From positions 13,640,001 through 13,704,000 of the forward strand of contig NC_043009.1 of NCBI RefSeq assembly GCF_006345805.1: a stretch of DNA of 64,000 nt, written 5' to 3'. The notes under the pieces were generated by a model. It worked only from the letters and a program-made list of their open reading frames with translations. It was not told the DNA's origin and did not search any database. Both the position numbers and the translations under genes were made by a program. Positions 23,089 to 36,625 of this stretch are shown piece by piece. Source of the stretch: Octopus sinensis. Lineage: Eukaryota. The stretch's first letter is position 1. Each line of letters starts with the position of its first letter.

Positions 23089-24059
23089 CTCATACGACTG
23101 TGAACTTCACGCACACACACACATATCCTTGGGTTAGACACCAGTAGTGATGCTGATATCCATTCTTTTATATTGCCTATCTCATATACACTTACATCAT
23201 TACCAATTTGTCTGAGCATGCGCGTATGTGTGTGCTTGTGTCTCTCTATGCCTCACCACTTAATAAACGCTGTTGGTATCTTTGTACGGCAAAAAAGTAT
23301 TTCGATAGCATCAATAATCATAGTTTAAAAGTAAGTTCTTGTACCTGGGTCTATTTGGTGAACTAAATCACTTCAAGCCTCAGCAGTAGAGTAGCTGCGA
23401 GCGTGAAAGAGACACAGGCAGACGGATACAGCAGGAATAAATGCTGAGATTAACTGGAAAAACACAACAAAAAATATCAGTTTTAATTGTGTTTTTACGT
23501 GGGTGAGTGCATATGTTAATGGAGGTGTAGTGGCTTTTTTGTTGTCATTTTTTTGTGCTTGTATGATGTTTTTATGCTTATGCGTACATTTTGTGCTTGT
23601 GCATAAGTGTCTGTATTTTTGCGTACGTATGTGTATATGCTTGTCTCTGTTAGTATGTGTGTATATGTGACTGCATTACTGTGTGATTCCTATGCTGCAT
23701 GATGGAATTTAATTCCATTGGTTTGGAACATTTACCAACATACGGTAACAGTTGAACGATCGAACAAAGAATTACAATATTTAATGCTATTAAGATCAGA
23801 AATGCGTTCTGTGACTTAATAGTTGCTCTTATTGATTGATTGTTGATCTTATTAAAACTGATTGGCTTCGATCAATTCGCAATTATCCTTGTAATCCGAT
23901 TTAATTCAACCAAATATTTCCTTGCTTCTGGGATTTACGCGACTTCCATTTCACTTTCTCCAAACAATGAGTTGATTCTAACAAATTCTTCTGTCAGGTA
24001 AAATCCTCTTGGTTAACGTTTTGATTCTCATGAGTTCGTCTCTTATTTTCCACATGTAT

Positions 24060-24125
<66 letters not shown>

Positions 24126-25860
24126 TATATATATATACAGTGTACTGTTTCGTGATGGAAAATGAAAACATGTATATATATATAATATATATATATATAC
24201 ATGTTTTCATTTTCCATCATTTTATATATATATACATATATATAAAAGCAAATATGCATGTATATACACATGTATATATGTATCCATGCACACGCATATA
24301 CACATATATGTTGTCTCAATTTGGTATTATTATATCGTGTTATATATTACATTATTGTTTAAACGTTATTATTGTGTCTCGTTATTGTTTATTTGCCCTT
24401 TCACAAATCACGTGGCTTTATATTTTAAATCTCTCAACTTCGTCTTGGCTTTTGCTCCACTATCCTACCGCCCCAAAACCACGCAAATCGCCTGCTGTTG
24501 GTTATGAATCCGTTATTTTTAGTTAGTGCCTTCAGTAATTTTTTCGAACTTTGTAATATTTTAAACCAAAATCCAGAACGGCATCTGTCCTACACAAAGA
24601 CGACAATCTAAGGACGGGCGTAGGATTTTTCATGTATTAGCTATTTTCCTCACTTTTCTTAGAGCCTTACTTTTTGATATTTTCTGTAAGTATGTTGTTC
24701 TAACATTTTTCTTCATTCTCTCGTTTTCGTCCTGTTCCTCCCCTTCATACGTCTCGTATCTCTATCTGTGAAGGGAAAGATTAGAATACCTAACCCTAGT
24801 GAGCAGTTTACACTTCATGAGTAGAATTCACTGAGTAGTTAAATGTAAAATAAACGCTCTTACAATGAATATTCTTTGGTAGCTGAAAATGTTGCAGGTG
24901 AGGCATTAGGGAACTTATGCTGTTTGTGTATGTATATGTGTGAATACATGGGTAAAAACTTTAAATATTAGCTAGATTATGCAGATCTAAGAAACGTTAC
25001 ACTATGTGTTAAAATCATTGAGATGTTCAGTCCACAGCTGACGAAGGGTATGCGCCGTAATGCGTACATGGATATATACACATATATGAATATGTGTATA
25101 TGTGTATGTGTATGTGTATATTTATCTATATGTGTATGTGTGTACGTATATTGTGTATGTTCATCTCTATGTGCGTGTGTGAGTGTATGTGTGTGTGTGC
25201 GTGTGTGTGTGTGTACATATTCGGTTGGAGTCTTCTGCTGCTACATAAAGTTTCACGAGTCTGTATTTGAGAAAAGTCATAAATTCCTTGATTAATTAAG
25301 CGAATAAATAGATGTATTGATTAAAAACCAAGAAATACAGCTCGTAAAAATAAATATGTAGCTAATTTCGTGGCCGACTTATTGACGTTCTGATGGACAC
25401 ACTCCCTGCAGGCCGTTTCCGTCACTCTTGAATGACGTATATACGCGTACGATCACATCAATTTAGAGAGTAGGAAACAGGAAGAGTAAGAGAGAGATAC
25501 AGAGCGTGGCACAGAGAGAGAGAGGGGGAGAAAATGGGTGGGTGGGTGATACAGAGAGAAAAAGTATGTGCATATATTAAACTATTAAACTTAATTTTTA
25601 GCCTAGATTAAGACAAAAAAATTAAGGTGATTATTGCAATAAGAGTCATAAATGTTAAAAAAATTCTTCAGTATGATCCCTCATACATGTGTACGATAGC
25701 GTAAAATATCCAAACATATATATATATATATAAAAACATGCATATATATATATATATGCATGTAGTATATATGTATATAAGTGTGTGTATATATATATTA
25801 TATATGTATGTATATATATATATGTATATATATGTATATATGTTTGTAAATATATATATA

Positions 25861-25904
<44 letters not shown>

Positions 25905-25953
25905 TGTATGTATATATATGTGTAAATATGTATATATGTAAATATATATGTAT

Positions 25954-26025
<72 letters not shown>

Positions 26026-26645
26026 TATACATATATGTATGTATATGAAAAGAAACAAAGGAAAGATGAATAAGAGGAAACGTTCAAACTTAATTTCACA
26101 GCTTGTAATGCATTTCGCATTAGATTTAGGTAATGGATTAGTGCAATGAGAAAAAATTAGGTTAAACTGGTTAAAAGAAAAAAAAAAGGAAAAGTACAAG
26201 TTCGAAAAAGAAAGAGAAGGGTGAAAGCAAATGAAAGAGATATGTAGAAATCAGCAGTCTGTTAATATTTAATGGTTTCTCTATTTTAGCCATTCTCTGT
26301 AAATTGAAATCGATGGTGCCGAAATAGTGTTGGTATCAATTATATCCCAAAATCTTTAATTGTAATATCTAAATTGTATTAGTAAAAAAATACCTTTTTA
26401 AACACAATTCTGGGTGGTTTTCCTCTTTTGTACATTAATTTTATTTTACTTTCCCTATTTCTTATTTTCATCTTCCTTCCTCGTCTTTTTCCGTTTATTT
26501 AATTTTTATCTAGTTATTTATTTATTTATTTATCTAATATTGTAACCATGTTTGTCTTCTTTACTGAATTGTTCATAAATAAAGTCATTGAAAATTATAA
26601 TCTCTAATTTAACTACTATTCTGATTCCATCATTAAATTTAGCAT

Positions 26646-27069
26646 AAACAAGCACTATGACCCGGAAACGCCGGGTCATAATGCTAGTTGTCTCTAATTT
26701 TTATTGTTAAGGTGAAAGTATCTGACATAAAATAGAGAAATGTTTTTGTTTCACTTTTAACACGTAATACTGAAATAGGCAAGAAGTTAGACATTTTGTT
26801 TTGCCCATTAAGCTACAGGGATCCTATGTAAGGCATGTGTAAAATTTGAATGAAATTGGTTGTGTAGGTCTCAAGTTTTAGGGAATCGTAGTGGAGAAGA
26901 TATGATATTGCTGTGGGCTCGCCCTCGGCAAAAAGTTAAATTTTTTGCCGATGACACTCCCTGGACCCTAAGTAAGGCATATGTAAAATTTGAATGAAAT
27001 CGATTGTGTAGCTCTCAAGTTTTAGGGAAACACACAGACACACATTCTCAGTTTTATATATAGAGAGAT
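26646..27069 (+). mobile_element. Helentron/DINE-1-like non-autonomous element (HINE)
   Basis: Starts AAACAAG; perfect 10-bp hairpin TATGACCCGG/CCGGGTCATA (26656-26680); 56-bp direct subrepeats at 26829 and 26973; ends ACACACAGACACACATTCTCAGTTTTATATATAGAGAGAT. Confidence 0.6.
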
Positions 27070-28419
27070 AACCGTATATGGTGTCGCCATCGTTGTCGTC
27101 ATGATCATCGTCACCACCACCATCAGCAGCACCACTACTACCATCACCAACTCCAACACGATTACCCACCAACACCACTATCATCGTCATCATCATCATC
27201 ATCAACTTTATCATTACCGAAAATACCATCGCTATCGTCACTTTCTTCCTACTATTCCTACTCTATCATTTTCATCCTCCTTCTCCACCTCCTCATCCTC
27301 TTCCTCTTCCTCTTCCTGCTCCTTCTCATCATTGTCATAAACATCATCTTCACCTGCTCCAATTTTCAGAAATCAATTGTTTTTGTAGTGCTTTTAGATA
27401 TGATGTTCTATTTTCTTTTTTATCTTAGATTCTATTTGTCTCATTGGTAAAGAATGACTACCTCTGCCTGGTCAGTAGATTTGCTAGAAGTAGCAAGCAT
27501 ATCTCTATCGACTCAGCTCCTACGATATTAATGAGAAGGACACACTCAATAACATTGTTATAGACATGCTATGTCCCAGAGAAATAAAAGTAACCCAGCT
27601 TAAAATGCCTCTGATAAGGTTCAGTGAATAAAGCATGTCAAGATGGCATAGTCCCTTCAAAAACACAAGAAACATCAACCTAGAGGCAAAGTTACCTCTA
27701 TGTGGTCACATAAGGAGATAGAAATAGAAGTAGCAGAATCTCATTCAAATAATATCCTAAGAAGAAGAACACGTTGGATCATATGGTCAAAGACACTTGT
27801 TCGTTGAAAAGTAATGAAATGATCATCGCTGGAATGCTCCTATCATAATTCTGCTCGATCAGAGCTGACCTTCGGCTTATCAGCATTTCTAACAATAACA
27901 ATAATAATAATAGTGAATTAAATAATCAACATATGAGGGATGAAAGCTATATTTGTTACTAATTTTAACACTATGTTTCACATTCCTGACTTTTTGAACA
28001 TTGAAAACAGAAGGGAGAGAAATTAAACACGTTTTCTATCAGTTCGCCACTCATCCAAAATATACAGATTCATTTTATTGGTGCATTCTTGTAGATTAAC
28101 AAAAAATAGAGACGTTTATGTACCCACTATATTACCGATACTTAGATCATCTCCCCCGTGTATACAAACCCACAAAATTTCAACTTCGGCGCTATTTGAA
28201 CAATATATTGTTAACTTTTAGTGTTTTTACCAACTGCATTCTAAAAATAATCATGACTCCATCCTAAAAATAATACCGGCCGACTCTAACCACCAAGAAA
28301 AAAAGTGGCGGAGGATCAAAGAAAGAATGCAACCGGCAGCCAAGAATTACCACAAAAATGACTGAAATAGTAGAATTCAAAGAGAAAAGGAAGAACAACA
28401 GAACAAACAAATGGAAATA

Positions 28420-29060
28420 AATGGAACTACATGGTTAATTCATTGAACAAACCGAGAATGTTGGAGGTTAAAATCGCAGATCTCATTGATGATTGGTATT
28501 TGAAACCCAAATTATAGCCGCTCAGGGAAAAAAAACCGTTAGAATAAATCTTAAAACTCAAATATCCACAAAATTCAATCAGAGAGCGAATGTAGAATTT
28601 TCAAGAGAGGTGACGACAGTATCAAAAACCTTTTGAGCGAGTATAGCATACTAGCACAAAACAAGTACAAGGGAAAACATGGCTGTATATGCATCGGTAT
28701 GCTAGCAAAGTGTGTTGCTTCAAAACAGCAGAAAAGTTGCATGAACAAGGTCTAGAGGTTATGAAAGAAAAAGGTAATTACAAGATATTATGGGATTCCC
28801 CCGTTAAGACCGGCCATATTACTGATGCAAGAAGACCAATCTTGATTATAGAGGACAAAGTAAGAAAACTGTATAATCATAGATTTTGTAATTACCTCTC
28901 ATAGCAGAACCGGTAACAAAGAAAAACATTGAGATTTATCAGGATGTAGCAGCGAGCTGGGGATCCGGTGGAAGTCTAAGCCAACAATTATTACTGAAGT
29001 AATTGCGGCACTTGGCACAACTCCCAAAATGCTACCTGAGAAAGGAAAACGAACAACTAT
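28420..29060 (+). mobile_element. REL-endonuclease LINE remnant (zinc knuckle + endonuclease)
   Basis: FETQIIAAQ, SECRIFKRGDDSIKNLLSEYSILAQNKYK, KILWDSPVKTGHITDARRPILII and IAALGTTPK. Confidence 0.75.
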
Positions 29061-29389
29061 GACGATTTGAAGTGGGAAATAGACAGGTTGTGGGCAATGA
29101 AATGAGTAGACATTATAGCAATAATAAATTTGCTCGCTTGGAAGTAAAAATCTCACCTACCAATGTGTCTCTAAAAGATTTGTACCAATGCAAAAATAGA
29201 ACACCTACAAAAGGTGTCATTATTTTGAATTGCAAGAGTCCTTCGCAGGGTTCTTGAAGTACGATCAGTAAACAAATGTCATCTTAGTCTGCCGGGTGTG
29301 AAATAAAGAAATATAGTCTGCCGGGTGTGAACAACTGACGCTTTCCATCATACCCAGCAAAATAGGCTGAGAGTTTCCATCAAATAATT

Positions 29390-29478
29390 ATTACAATGAT
29401 AATAACATTATTAACAACAATAACAGCAACAACAACAACAACAACAACAGCAACAATAACAACAATAATAATAATAAC

Positions 29479-29518
<40 letters not shown>

Positions 29519-29598
29519 TCGATTATGTTATTGCTGTTGCTGGTAATGAGAGATGGAATAATGTTAACTTAGTAGCAAACGCCAGAGGAGAAGAAAAC

Positions 29599-29633
<35 letters not shown>

Positions 29634-29720
29634 TAGTAGTAGTAGTAGTAGTTGCTGTTGTTGTTGTTCTTGTTGTAGTAGTGGTGGCAGTTGTGGTGGC
29701 AGTTGTGGTGGTGGTGATAA
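29390..29720. repeat. (AAC/AAT)n and (TAG/TGG)n trinucleotide tracts
   Basis: Directly visible. Confidence 0.9.
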
Positions 29721-30379
29721 GAGAAGGAGATGAAGTTGTAGTCGATTGTGCTGATAGTGAATGACAACATAAATAAACTACAATATCATTATCAACAATA
29801 GCAACGAATTTGATTCTAAACATTTTACAATGTGCTTGCTTCAATTACAATGAAAGAATAGTCTAGATTTCATATTTTAATCTATGTACACAGTAAATAA
29901 AAGCTAAACACCCTCTTCTGCTACTGAACGGAATTCTATAAAAGAAACTTAAATATTATATTTCAATAATAATTTATATTCAATAATGCGATTTGTCTTT
30001 TAATACGAAAATTATTTTTAGTACAGGATTTTATATTATATTGAAGTTGAAATTTATTGAATAAATGTGGTGATTTGAGCAGTCTAGAAGCCGGTGAAAA
30101 GTTCCAGACTAAATACGTTACGTAGGTTAAAAGTTGATTCACTGAAAGACTTAGGTAAAAATTTATCAGTTAATTGAATTTTCTTACACAATTAGAGATA
30201 GAAAATAAAAGCCAATGTGCAAATGTTACGTATGGAAAAAATGTTTCGGCCCATAGAAATTGCATAATTAGAAAATATAAGTGAATTTGTTGCACGTTTT
30301 CTACATGTAGAAATCTGTTGTCAATTGATCAAACAGGCTTGAGTAATCTTTGCTATGTTGTTTATCTGCCGCCAGTCGT

Positions 30380-31140
30380 CGCAACAGTGAGTTACGCAGC
30401 AATGGCTTACGGCTTTGACACGATTTGATCAGCTTTTTCCATGCTGGTCACTTTTCCCTCGAGTTTGCCATTTTTCATGATTATTTCCCATCCACTTCAT
30501 ATTCTTTTTTGCAGGATGTTTGAATTCTCAGTTTAATTCTTCCATGGACTTTTCGCCTTGTATAGTTGGGTGTAAATGAGTTGTCCGGGGGAATCTACTG
30601 TTACCTATCATGTGTATGTTTTCCAACCAATGTAAATTTCTGTCAATGAGAATTGCCATCTTAGGAGGTACCTCAGCACGCTTAGGATCTCATCATTCAT
30701 GATTTGTCAAAGAGAGTAATATTCATAATTTGTCGCAAAGATATGATCTCCCATATGCAAATAAATTAATTGATTTTCTGCAATTAATTTCTCCACATTT
30801 TCATTCAGAATCGTCAGCAACTGAAGCAAGCCGTTTTTCTACAGCTAAGAGGGAAAATTCAATTAAGAGATCATTTAATGAGTACATCACTCAGTATGTC
30901 CCACCTCAACCTATTCAATGAGATTTATAACATTGGCTCACTCAGGTTATTACATTCATTTCATTTATTAGATGAATTGTTTTTGGTAAATTTCCACTCG
31001 GAAAGGGAATCTTACTGAAAGGCGTAACAGGGATCAATTAAACCAGCTGTTTTCCCCCTGTGAAATATTGACGCCTTACACCAATGCACGAATTAATCAT
31101 TACTGTAACAAGATTAAGCCATATTAAACAGGAGGTAAAT
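30380..31140 (-). mobile_element. RTE-like LINE remnant with an internal deletion
   Basis: GKTAGLIDP, FSLLAVEKRLASV-LTILNENVEKLIAENQ, NDEIL-RAEVP...NLHWLENIHM...RFPR and KKNMKWMG...PAWKKLIK, in RTE order. Confidence 0.6.
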
Positions 31141-31638
31141 TTCGGGAAAGCTATGGCTACTGCATATTCATTCTTATTGCGAGTGATTCCCGTTTTGATT
31201 CTTCTAGAAATTTATGGCCATGTTCCAAAGCAAACAGTGCTGAAAAATCAGAATATGTAATATAATCAATAATGTAATAGAACGTCAGTGCAATGTTCAT
31301 CTTCTCACTGCCCCACCATGAAGCAGTAAAAGCATACAGCTTTCTTAATCAATACGTATGTATATATGTTATCTAACGTACATTGGAATGAAAGCTACTA
31401 ATAATTAATTGCTATTAAGACATTTTGGATGGGCAAATTTTTATAACGTGTTCTGCGTCTCCAAGAACTCTCAGGCCCCGAGAAAATGTACCACTAATTT
31501 GAAAATAGAATGCTGGTACATGAGAATCCACGAGAAAAAACATGAGAAAAATGATGCGAAAAGTCGGATGGGAAGACAATGGTTGAATGAAAGCAGATCA
31601 GTAAACTTTCTCTCTCTCTCTATCTCTCTGTCTCTCTG

Positions 31639-31669
<31 letters not shown>

Positions 31670-31762
31670 ATAAGTGTGTGTGCATGTATATATATGTCTG
31701 TGTGTGTGTTTGTGTGCGCGTGTGTGTGTTTGTGTGCGCGTGTGTGTGTATATGTACATATA

Positions 31763-33015
31763 CAGGGTGTCCCCAAAAAATGTATACATACTTTAGCAGC
31801 TGATAACTCAATTGATATTTTTTCTTTCCAGATGAAACCTATAGGATTTAATGATGGCAGTCAGATTAAGCTTTGAACAAAGAAAATTCATTCTAAAATG
31901 ATACTGGAAGTGTGAAAATGCAGTTGAAGTGCAAAAACAGTTGGGGAGGGAGTTTCAAACAGATCCACCAATGCAACTCCCCATCACTTGAATTAGAGAT
32001 AAGTTTGAAGCTGATGGAACTGTTCAGAATGTCCACGATAAGCATTCCAGAAGACCCCGGACATCAACAACCCCAACAAAGCAAGGAGTACTGGAAATGA
32101 ATCACCAAAGTCCAAGAAAATCTGTACGGCAAAGCGAGTCATGAGGTAGGTATTCCAAAATCATCTGTCCAATGCATTTTGAAGCATTGTCAATGGAAAA
32201 GTTACATTCCAAGATTAGTCCATGCTATTAATGATGATGATCCAGACGAAAGGGTGCAGCATTGCGAGTGGTACATGGAACGATGTGTAGAAGATGCACA
32301 CTTTCCAACAAAGATTGTGTGGAGTGATGAAGCCACATTCAAATTAAATGGTTCAATTAACTGCCACAGTTGCACCTACTAGGGTCCTGAGAATCTGCAT
32401 GTTATGGTGAAACACCATCTTAATTTGTTATTTGTGTGGTGTGGTGTGGTTTATCATCAAGAGGATTAATTGGACCATTCTTTTTTTATGTTACTGTGAC
32501 TGGTCCCGTTTACTTGAACTTGTTGCAACAGTCTGTTATGCCAAGCATTAGCGAAGACTGAAGATGAGGAGTTTTCTTTTCGGCAAGATGGGGGCACCCC
32601 CACACTACCATTGCTATGTTAGATCCTTCCTTGATGAGATCTTGCTAAACAGGTGGATTGGATGAAGAGGTATGGTTGAATTCACCAGACCTCACACCAC
32701 TAGACTTTTTTTTATGGGGATACCTTAAAGACAAATTCTACGCTATGAAACCTACAAGTCGCTGATTTGAGAGCAGCCATTGGACGAGAGCGCACACAAA
32801 TACCAAACAAATTCTTTTGTGATATTTGTGATTCCATTCCTTTGCGTTGTCAGCAGTGCCTGGACCAGACCGGACATCAGTTTGAAAACAGGCATTGACA
32901 AAACAATAAAATAATGTCTGTAGAATTCTATTAAATTTTGAAAATGAAGTGTCTTTTAATAAACAACTACTTTTAGAATTGTTTAAAGTGTGCATACATT
33001 TTTTGGGACACCCTG
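31763..33015 (+). mobile_element. Tc1/mariner element, DD41D (rosa-like), with both TIRs but decayed
   Basis: TA-flanked TIRs CAGGGTGTCCC(C)AAAAAATGTAT. Transposase motifs [25 protein letters not shown] and SPDLTPLDFFLWGYL, with stops, frameshifts and a small deletion. Confidence 0.9.
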
Positions 33016-33191
33016 TATATATATATATATATATTATATATATATATATATATATAATAAGAAAATAGTAAAGTGTGAAAAAACGACAGAAGGCTTAAAT
33101 GTTAAAAATATATATATTTGTGTCAAAATGTCTGGAGAATATTGGAAAAATTTTTTTCCTTTCTTAAAATGACATAATTTTAAAATTTTTA

Positions 33192-33230
33192 AAGAAATTA
33201 CGGTTTCGCGTGTAGCTTTTCAAATTTCTT
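33192..33230 (-). ncRNA. U3-A8 hammerhead motif in PLE 3' UTR (1-nt deletion in stem III)
   Basis: aagaaat TTGAAAA gctacacgc GAAA CCG TA atttctt. Confidence 0.55.
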
Positions 33231-36159
33231 GTGACGTTATGTTTATATTGCATGGATTATCGTTTGTTTTATTTCCAGGAGATTTCTAAATAAGGGGAGG
33301 TAGTGAGTGATTTTTCCGGTGTAGGGGAGATAATCGCTTAAAATTTTTTTTTTCCTTTTCCTTGTTAATTTCTCTGTGTCAGTATGTTCGGATGGTTGAG
33401 TCTGGGTTTGTACTTTTCAATGAAGAATGTTTCCTGTTCAGTCTCATTTGTGTTGATGATCCGAAAGCACATTGGTAAAAATGGGAAGATTAAAAATTGT
33501 GGCAGTAGTAGTTGCTTTGCGCATTTCTCAATGTGCTCACTAAAAGGTATCATTCTATATTCTGGGAATGCAATCTGTTGTCGATGCAGTGTGCATCTGC
33601 GCCTGAGTGATAGTCCCGTGGAACCCACGTAGTCTTGGTGGCAGCCCGAGCATTTAATAACATAAATTATGTTTTCAGAGGCACAAGTAAAGTTAGATTT
33701 GATCTTAAATTCTGTCCCTCTTTAAAGAAGAATTCTGATCCTTCCAATAGGTTAGGACATGTTGCACAGTTCGATCTACCACATTTTTTTACTTTTGCAT
33801 CCGTAATTTTAGAAGACAATTTTGCCTTTGTGAGAATCTTTTTAAGTGATTTAGGCTGTTTGTAGCTTTTAATGATTTGGTGTATGTTAGAATTTCCTTT
33901 AATTTGGGTTTTTATGAAGTATTGGTAAATTCTGGGTGATGATGGTGAAGGTTCTTTGTTTCTGGGGTTGTATGTAGATATGTAAGGTAGTATTTTCGGG
34001 GAAGGTGTGTTGTTGTGTTGAACTTTTCTTAAAGTTTCTATGTTGATTTCTGTTGCACGTCTGATCCCATCCTCTATGAGTTGAGCTGGGTAATGTCTGT
34101 CAATTAGGGTGTTTTTGAGTTCTTGCAGTCTAAAGTTCCTGGTATTTTGTTCTGACACTATTGTGCATATCCTTCTTGCAAGGTTGAAGGGGATGTTTGT
34201 TTTAGTGTGTCTTGGGTGGCATGAATTAAAAAGAAGGTATTGTTTGGCGTCTGTGGCTTTGTAAAAAATGTCTGTTTCTATTTTAAGGTTAATTTTTTTA
34301 ATTAGTATATCCAAGAACGGGAGCTCCTTTTGGTTGTATTCCATTGTGAACTGTATATTGGGTTTATGCTGTTCAATAGGTTTTTAAATTTTAGGAGTTT
34401 ATCTATGTTTTCATTCCAGAGAATGAAACAATCGTCTAGGAATCGTTTCCAATTCTCTTTTATGTATTGAGAGAGGGAGTTTCAAAGATTGATAGAGATT
34501 CCTGGTAAATGATTATTTCCATGTATCCCATTGTTAAGTTCGCAATGACTGGTGCTGCCCTTGTACCCATAGCAATTTCGGATTTTTGACGGTAAAATGT
34601 ATTGTCAAACATGAAGTGGTTATTTTGTGTAGGATGAATTCAATTGATTTAGTAATGAATTCCTTACTGATCCTTTTTGGTATTTCTTCCGGAAATTGGT
34701 CTAACCAGAACTGTATTGCCTCCAGTCCATAATTATGAGGTATACTGGTATACAAGTTGACTACATCAAATGAAACCAGGATTGTTTCTTCCTTGGTTTT
34801 TTTTGGAAGGTGGTTTAACATATCTAAGTCATCTCTGATATGGCTATCGATATGTTTAAGGAAGGGTTTCAAGAGGAAGTCCATAAGTAGACTTAGTCTG
34901 TGTGTTTCACAGGTTGGGCCAGCTACAATGGGTCGTAGTTTTAGGTCCCCCGGATTAGGTGTGTGTATGTATGTCTTTGGTGATTTTTTAATGGTTTCAT
35001 TTATAATTTTTACTTTTATGAATTTTTGGCAGACCATAGAAAAGGCTAGGTTTGCATTTAAAGTTTGTTAGGAAATCAATCTCTTTGGTTGTCAGTTCCT
35101 TTTCATGGGTTTTAATTAGTGAAGATAGAGTTTTCATTATTTTTTGTGGGGTGTAGTTGGTAATTTTTTCATAATGTAGGTCTTCATCAAGCAAGGAAAT
35201 TACAAGATTTCTGTAGTATGATGTATCCATTATTACAACTGCATTTCCCTTGTCCGCTTCCTTAATGGTTATATCTTCATCATTTTGGAGTTCTAGCAGT
35301 TCTTTCCATTGTGTAGTGTTAAAATTTGGGTTAGCTTTCTGTTTATGTATAGTATGGTAGGGGAAGTTCTCAATGTGGTTACAGAATTCGTCAAGATCTT
35401 TATTTCTTCCTCTGTGTGGGATGTGTTCACTTTTGTTCTTGACTAGTGATTCATTTTCAGTATTGAAACTGTTTGATGCTTCTGCTAGTCTTAATTTTCT
35501 GCAAAATTCTGTTATATTATCCTTGAGTTCATTTAGGTTTTCTCTGCGTGGAGTTGGTGTAAATTTGAGCCCTTTTGTGAGGATATCAATTTTTATGTTA
35601 GAAAGAGGTTTGGTTGAAAGATTGATTATCTTCGGTTTTTCCTTATTACTAGGTTCCAGCCTGTGTCCTGGTGTCCCTGGTCCCTGGCTAAAAAATGTTG
35701 GGTGTAATTTTGTTTGTATGAGTTGTCTGTGAGGTTGTGTGGTATTTGGTCGGGGGAGTGATGGTATTGTTGCCTCCGATCGTTGTGTGTGTGTGGGAAT
35801 CTATGGTTGTTAATGCTTGTGGTGTGTGTAAAATTTCTGTATGAGGAATATTTTTGTTTCGAACTTCTTGTATGTGGGATGTTGCTTGACATAGTGTTTC
35901 TTTGCGTTTGTCTTGTGTTTAGTGGATCATCAACACAAATGAGACTGAACAAGGAAACATTCTTCATTGAAAAGTACAAACCCAGACTCAACCATCCGAA
36001 CATACTGACACAGAGAAATTAACAAGGAAAAGGGAAAAATCAATTTTTAAGCGATTATCTCCCCTACACCGGAAAAAATCACTCACTACCTCCCCTTATT
36101 TAGAAATCTCCTGGAAATAAAAACAACGATAATTCCATGCAATATAAACATAACGTCAC

Positions 36160-36199
36160 AAGAAATTTGAAAAGCTACACGCGAAACCGGTAATTTCTT
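36160..36199 (+). ncRNA. U3-A8 hammerhead motif in the PLE inverted arm
   Basis: aagaaat TTGAAAA gc-tacac-gc GAAA CCGG TA atttctt. Perfect 7-bp stem I, G10.1-C11.1 pair, palindromic stem III. Confidence 0.7.
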
Positions 36200-36625
36200 T
36201 AAAAATTTAAAAATTATGTCATTTTAAGGAAAGGGAAAAAAATTTTTCCATTATTCTCCAGACATTTTGACACAAATATATATATTTTTTAACATTTAAG
36301 CCTTCTGTCGTTTTTTCACACTTTACTATTTTCTTATATATTCACCCACGTGCTTTACCAAACAAACTTTCTTATCTATCTATATATATATATATATATA
36401 TATTCAGCATGTAAAGGACCAATTCATGTCAAAGAGAGTAATATTCATAAATAATTAGGGATCAATAAACGATTTGCGTCACCACATACTGAAGTTTAGA
36501 AATAGCAGTCAAATTCTTGGCTATTCTTTCTACTTTAAAGGGAGATCCCAGAGGAACCGAAGCACTCAAAAGCAAACCACGCAGGTAGAAGGGAAAAAAG
36601 ACGAAACTCATTCTATAATAAGTTG

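Larger units (their letters stand above)
33058..36336 (-). mobile_element. Near-full-length Penelope-like element with ~410-bp inverted terminal copy of its 3' end
   Basis: Frameshifted ORF ~35892-33365: IINLSTKP..ILTKGLKFTPTP, KEADKG, SFDVVNLYTSIP, RFLDDCF, GIY-YIG, EKYKPRLN. Arms 33058-33462 and 35924-36336 are reverse complements. Confidence 0.95.

Noticed and set aside
35373-35732. Plus-strand ORFs inside the PLEs (also 34757, 50234, 50723) as separate genes
   Set aside because: They are antisense shadows of the PLE coding strand.
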